Assembly: GCF_036365525.1 (NCBI RefSeq)
Contig: NC_090404.1
Span: forward strand, 3,596,001 to 3,660,000
DNA length: 64,000 nucleotides
Reading direction: 5' to 3'
DNA from: Heterodontus francisci
Lineage: Eukaryota
Each line of letters opens with the position of its first letter. Position 1 is the first letter of the stretch. The position numbers were made by a program, and so were the translations under genes. The notes under the pieces were generated by a model that saw nothing but the letters and a program-made list of their open reading frames with translations, made no database searches and was not told the DNA's origin. Of this stretch, positions 63,256-64,000 are shown in pieces.

Positions 63256-63617
63256 GCCAATGAGATACAAATTCGGACCAATCTCTTTGTCGAGAAGATG
63301 CTCCCTTTTTTATTGCGTTAATATTAAGTTAATAATTTTCGACCATTGTGAATACTTTGTGTGCCCAGTGCAACTGCATGTGACAGACTGGCAGGTGTAG
63401 ATACCGAACGGGCCTTTGCCTTGTTAGGCTCACTCTCGTGGCACTTCATTCACACTGCCCGGATTGTACTGGCAGATTCTGCTCAGAAAGGAAATCGGTG
63501 GCCCCCTCCAATGCTCACACGGACAGGCAGAGCTCTCTCCGTTGCAGTTAACATCCAGAGCGGATGCTAGACTCTGAACAATTTGCGTTTCTTTAAAACT
63601 AACTGAGGATCAGAGGT

Positions 63618-64000
63618 TTTTTTAATTCATTTCTTGGGATGTCGGTGTCTCTGGCAAGGCCAGCATTTGTTTCCCATCCTTAATTGCCCAAGTGAAGGTA
63701 GTGCTGAGCTGCTTTCTTGAACCGCTTCAGCCCATCTGGTGTGGAAACAGCAAAAGTGCTGTTAGGGAGGGAGTGCCAGGAAGTTGACCATACGGCACTG
63801 AAGGATCTGCGATATAGTTCCAAGTCAGGATGGTGTGTGGCTTGGAGGGGCATTTGCAGGTCGTGGTGTTCCCATCCATGTGCTACGTTTGTCCTTCTAG
63901 GTGGTAGAGGTCGCGGGTTTGGAAGGTACTGTCGAAGGAGCATTGGTGAGTTGCTGCAGTGCATCTTGTTGATGGAACACACTGCTGCCACTGTTCATCG
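63618..64000 (-). mobile_element. 3' end of a second CR1/L2-group LINE family (runs off the window)
   Basis: ORF 63680-63991 (RSF....SWHSLP...RFKKAA). The same 3' end occurs at ~11218-11340. Confidence 0.7.

Noticed and set aside
63340-63420. Minus-strand GIYTCQ motif with a nearby CACAATG, suggesting a V-segment end
   Set aside because: No upstream V framework and no nonamer at 12- or 23-nt spacing.

Overview
Eukaryotic, repeat-rich DNA from a cartilaginous fish, most likely a horn-shark-like species judging by the IgM constant-region protein. It lies in an adaptive-immune locus. The + strand carries an apparently intact IgM heavy-chain constant gene: CH1, CH2, CH3, CH4 with secretory tailpiece, TM1 and TM2, with canonical splice sites and two polyA signals (7.5-19 kb). 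No VH, D or JH is visible, so they presumably lie upstream of the window. Facing it on the - strand are two TCR alpha/delta-type V segments with 23-RSSs. One is a frameshifted pseudogene with an intronless leader (24.6-25.0 kb). The other is an open V with no intact leader found and a CDR1 cysteine, resembling a NAR-TCR 'supporting' Vdelta (57.5-57.8 kb). This second V is followed by an unusual ~63-bp-period array of three complete 23-RSSs plus one decayed copy, separated by variable 24-nt cassettes. A relic of a second IgH TM 3'UTR lies at 55.3-55.8 kb. The rest is mostly CR1 LINEs (two near full-length, both with a conserved UUUAAAC slippery site at the ORF1/ORF2 junction), RTE/Tx1/Penelope fragments, HE1-type and Deu-type SINEs, a C2H2-ZNF pseudogene, a SWIM/MULE-like transposase relic, 27-bp satellite arrays and an old inverted duplication (41.1-46.7 kb). 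All calls are by eye; repeat boundaries are approximate.
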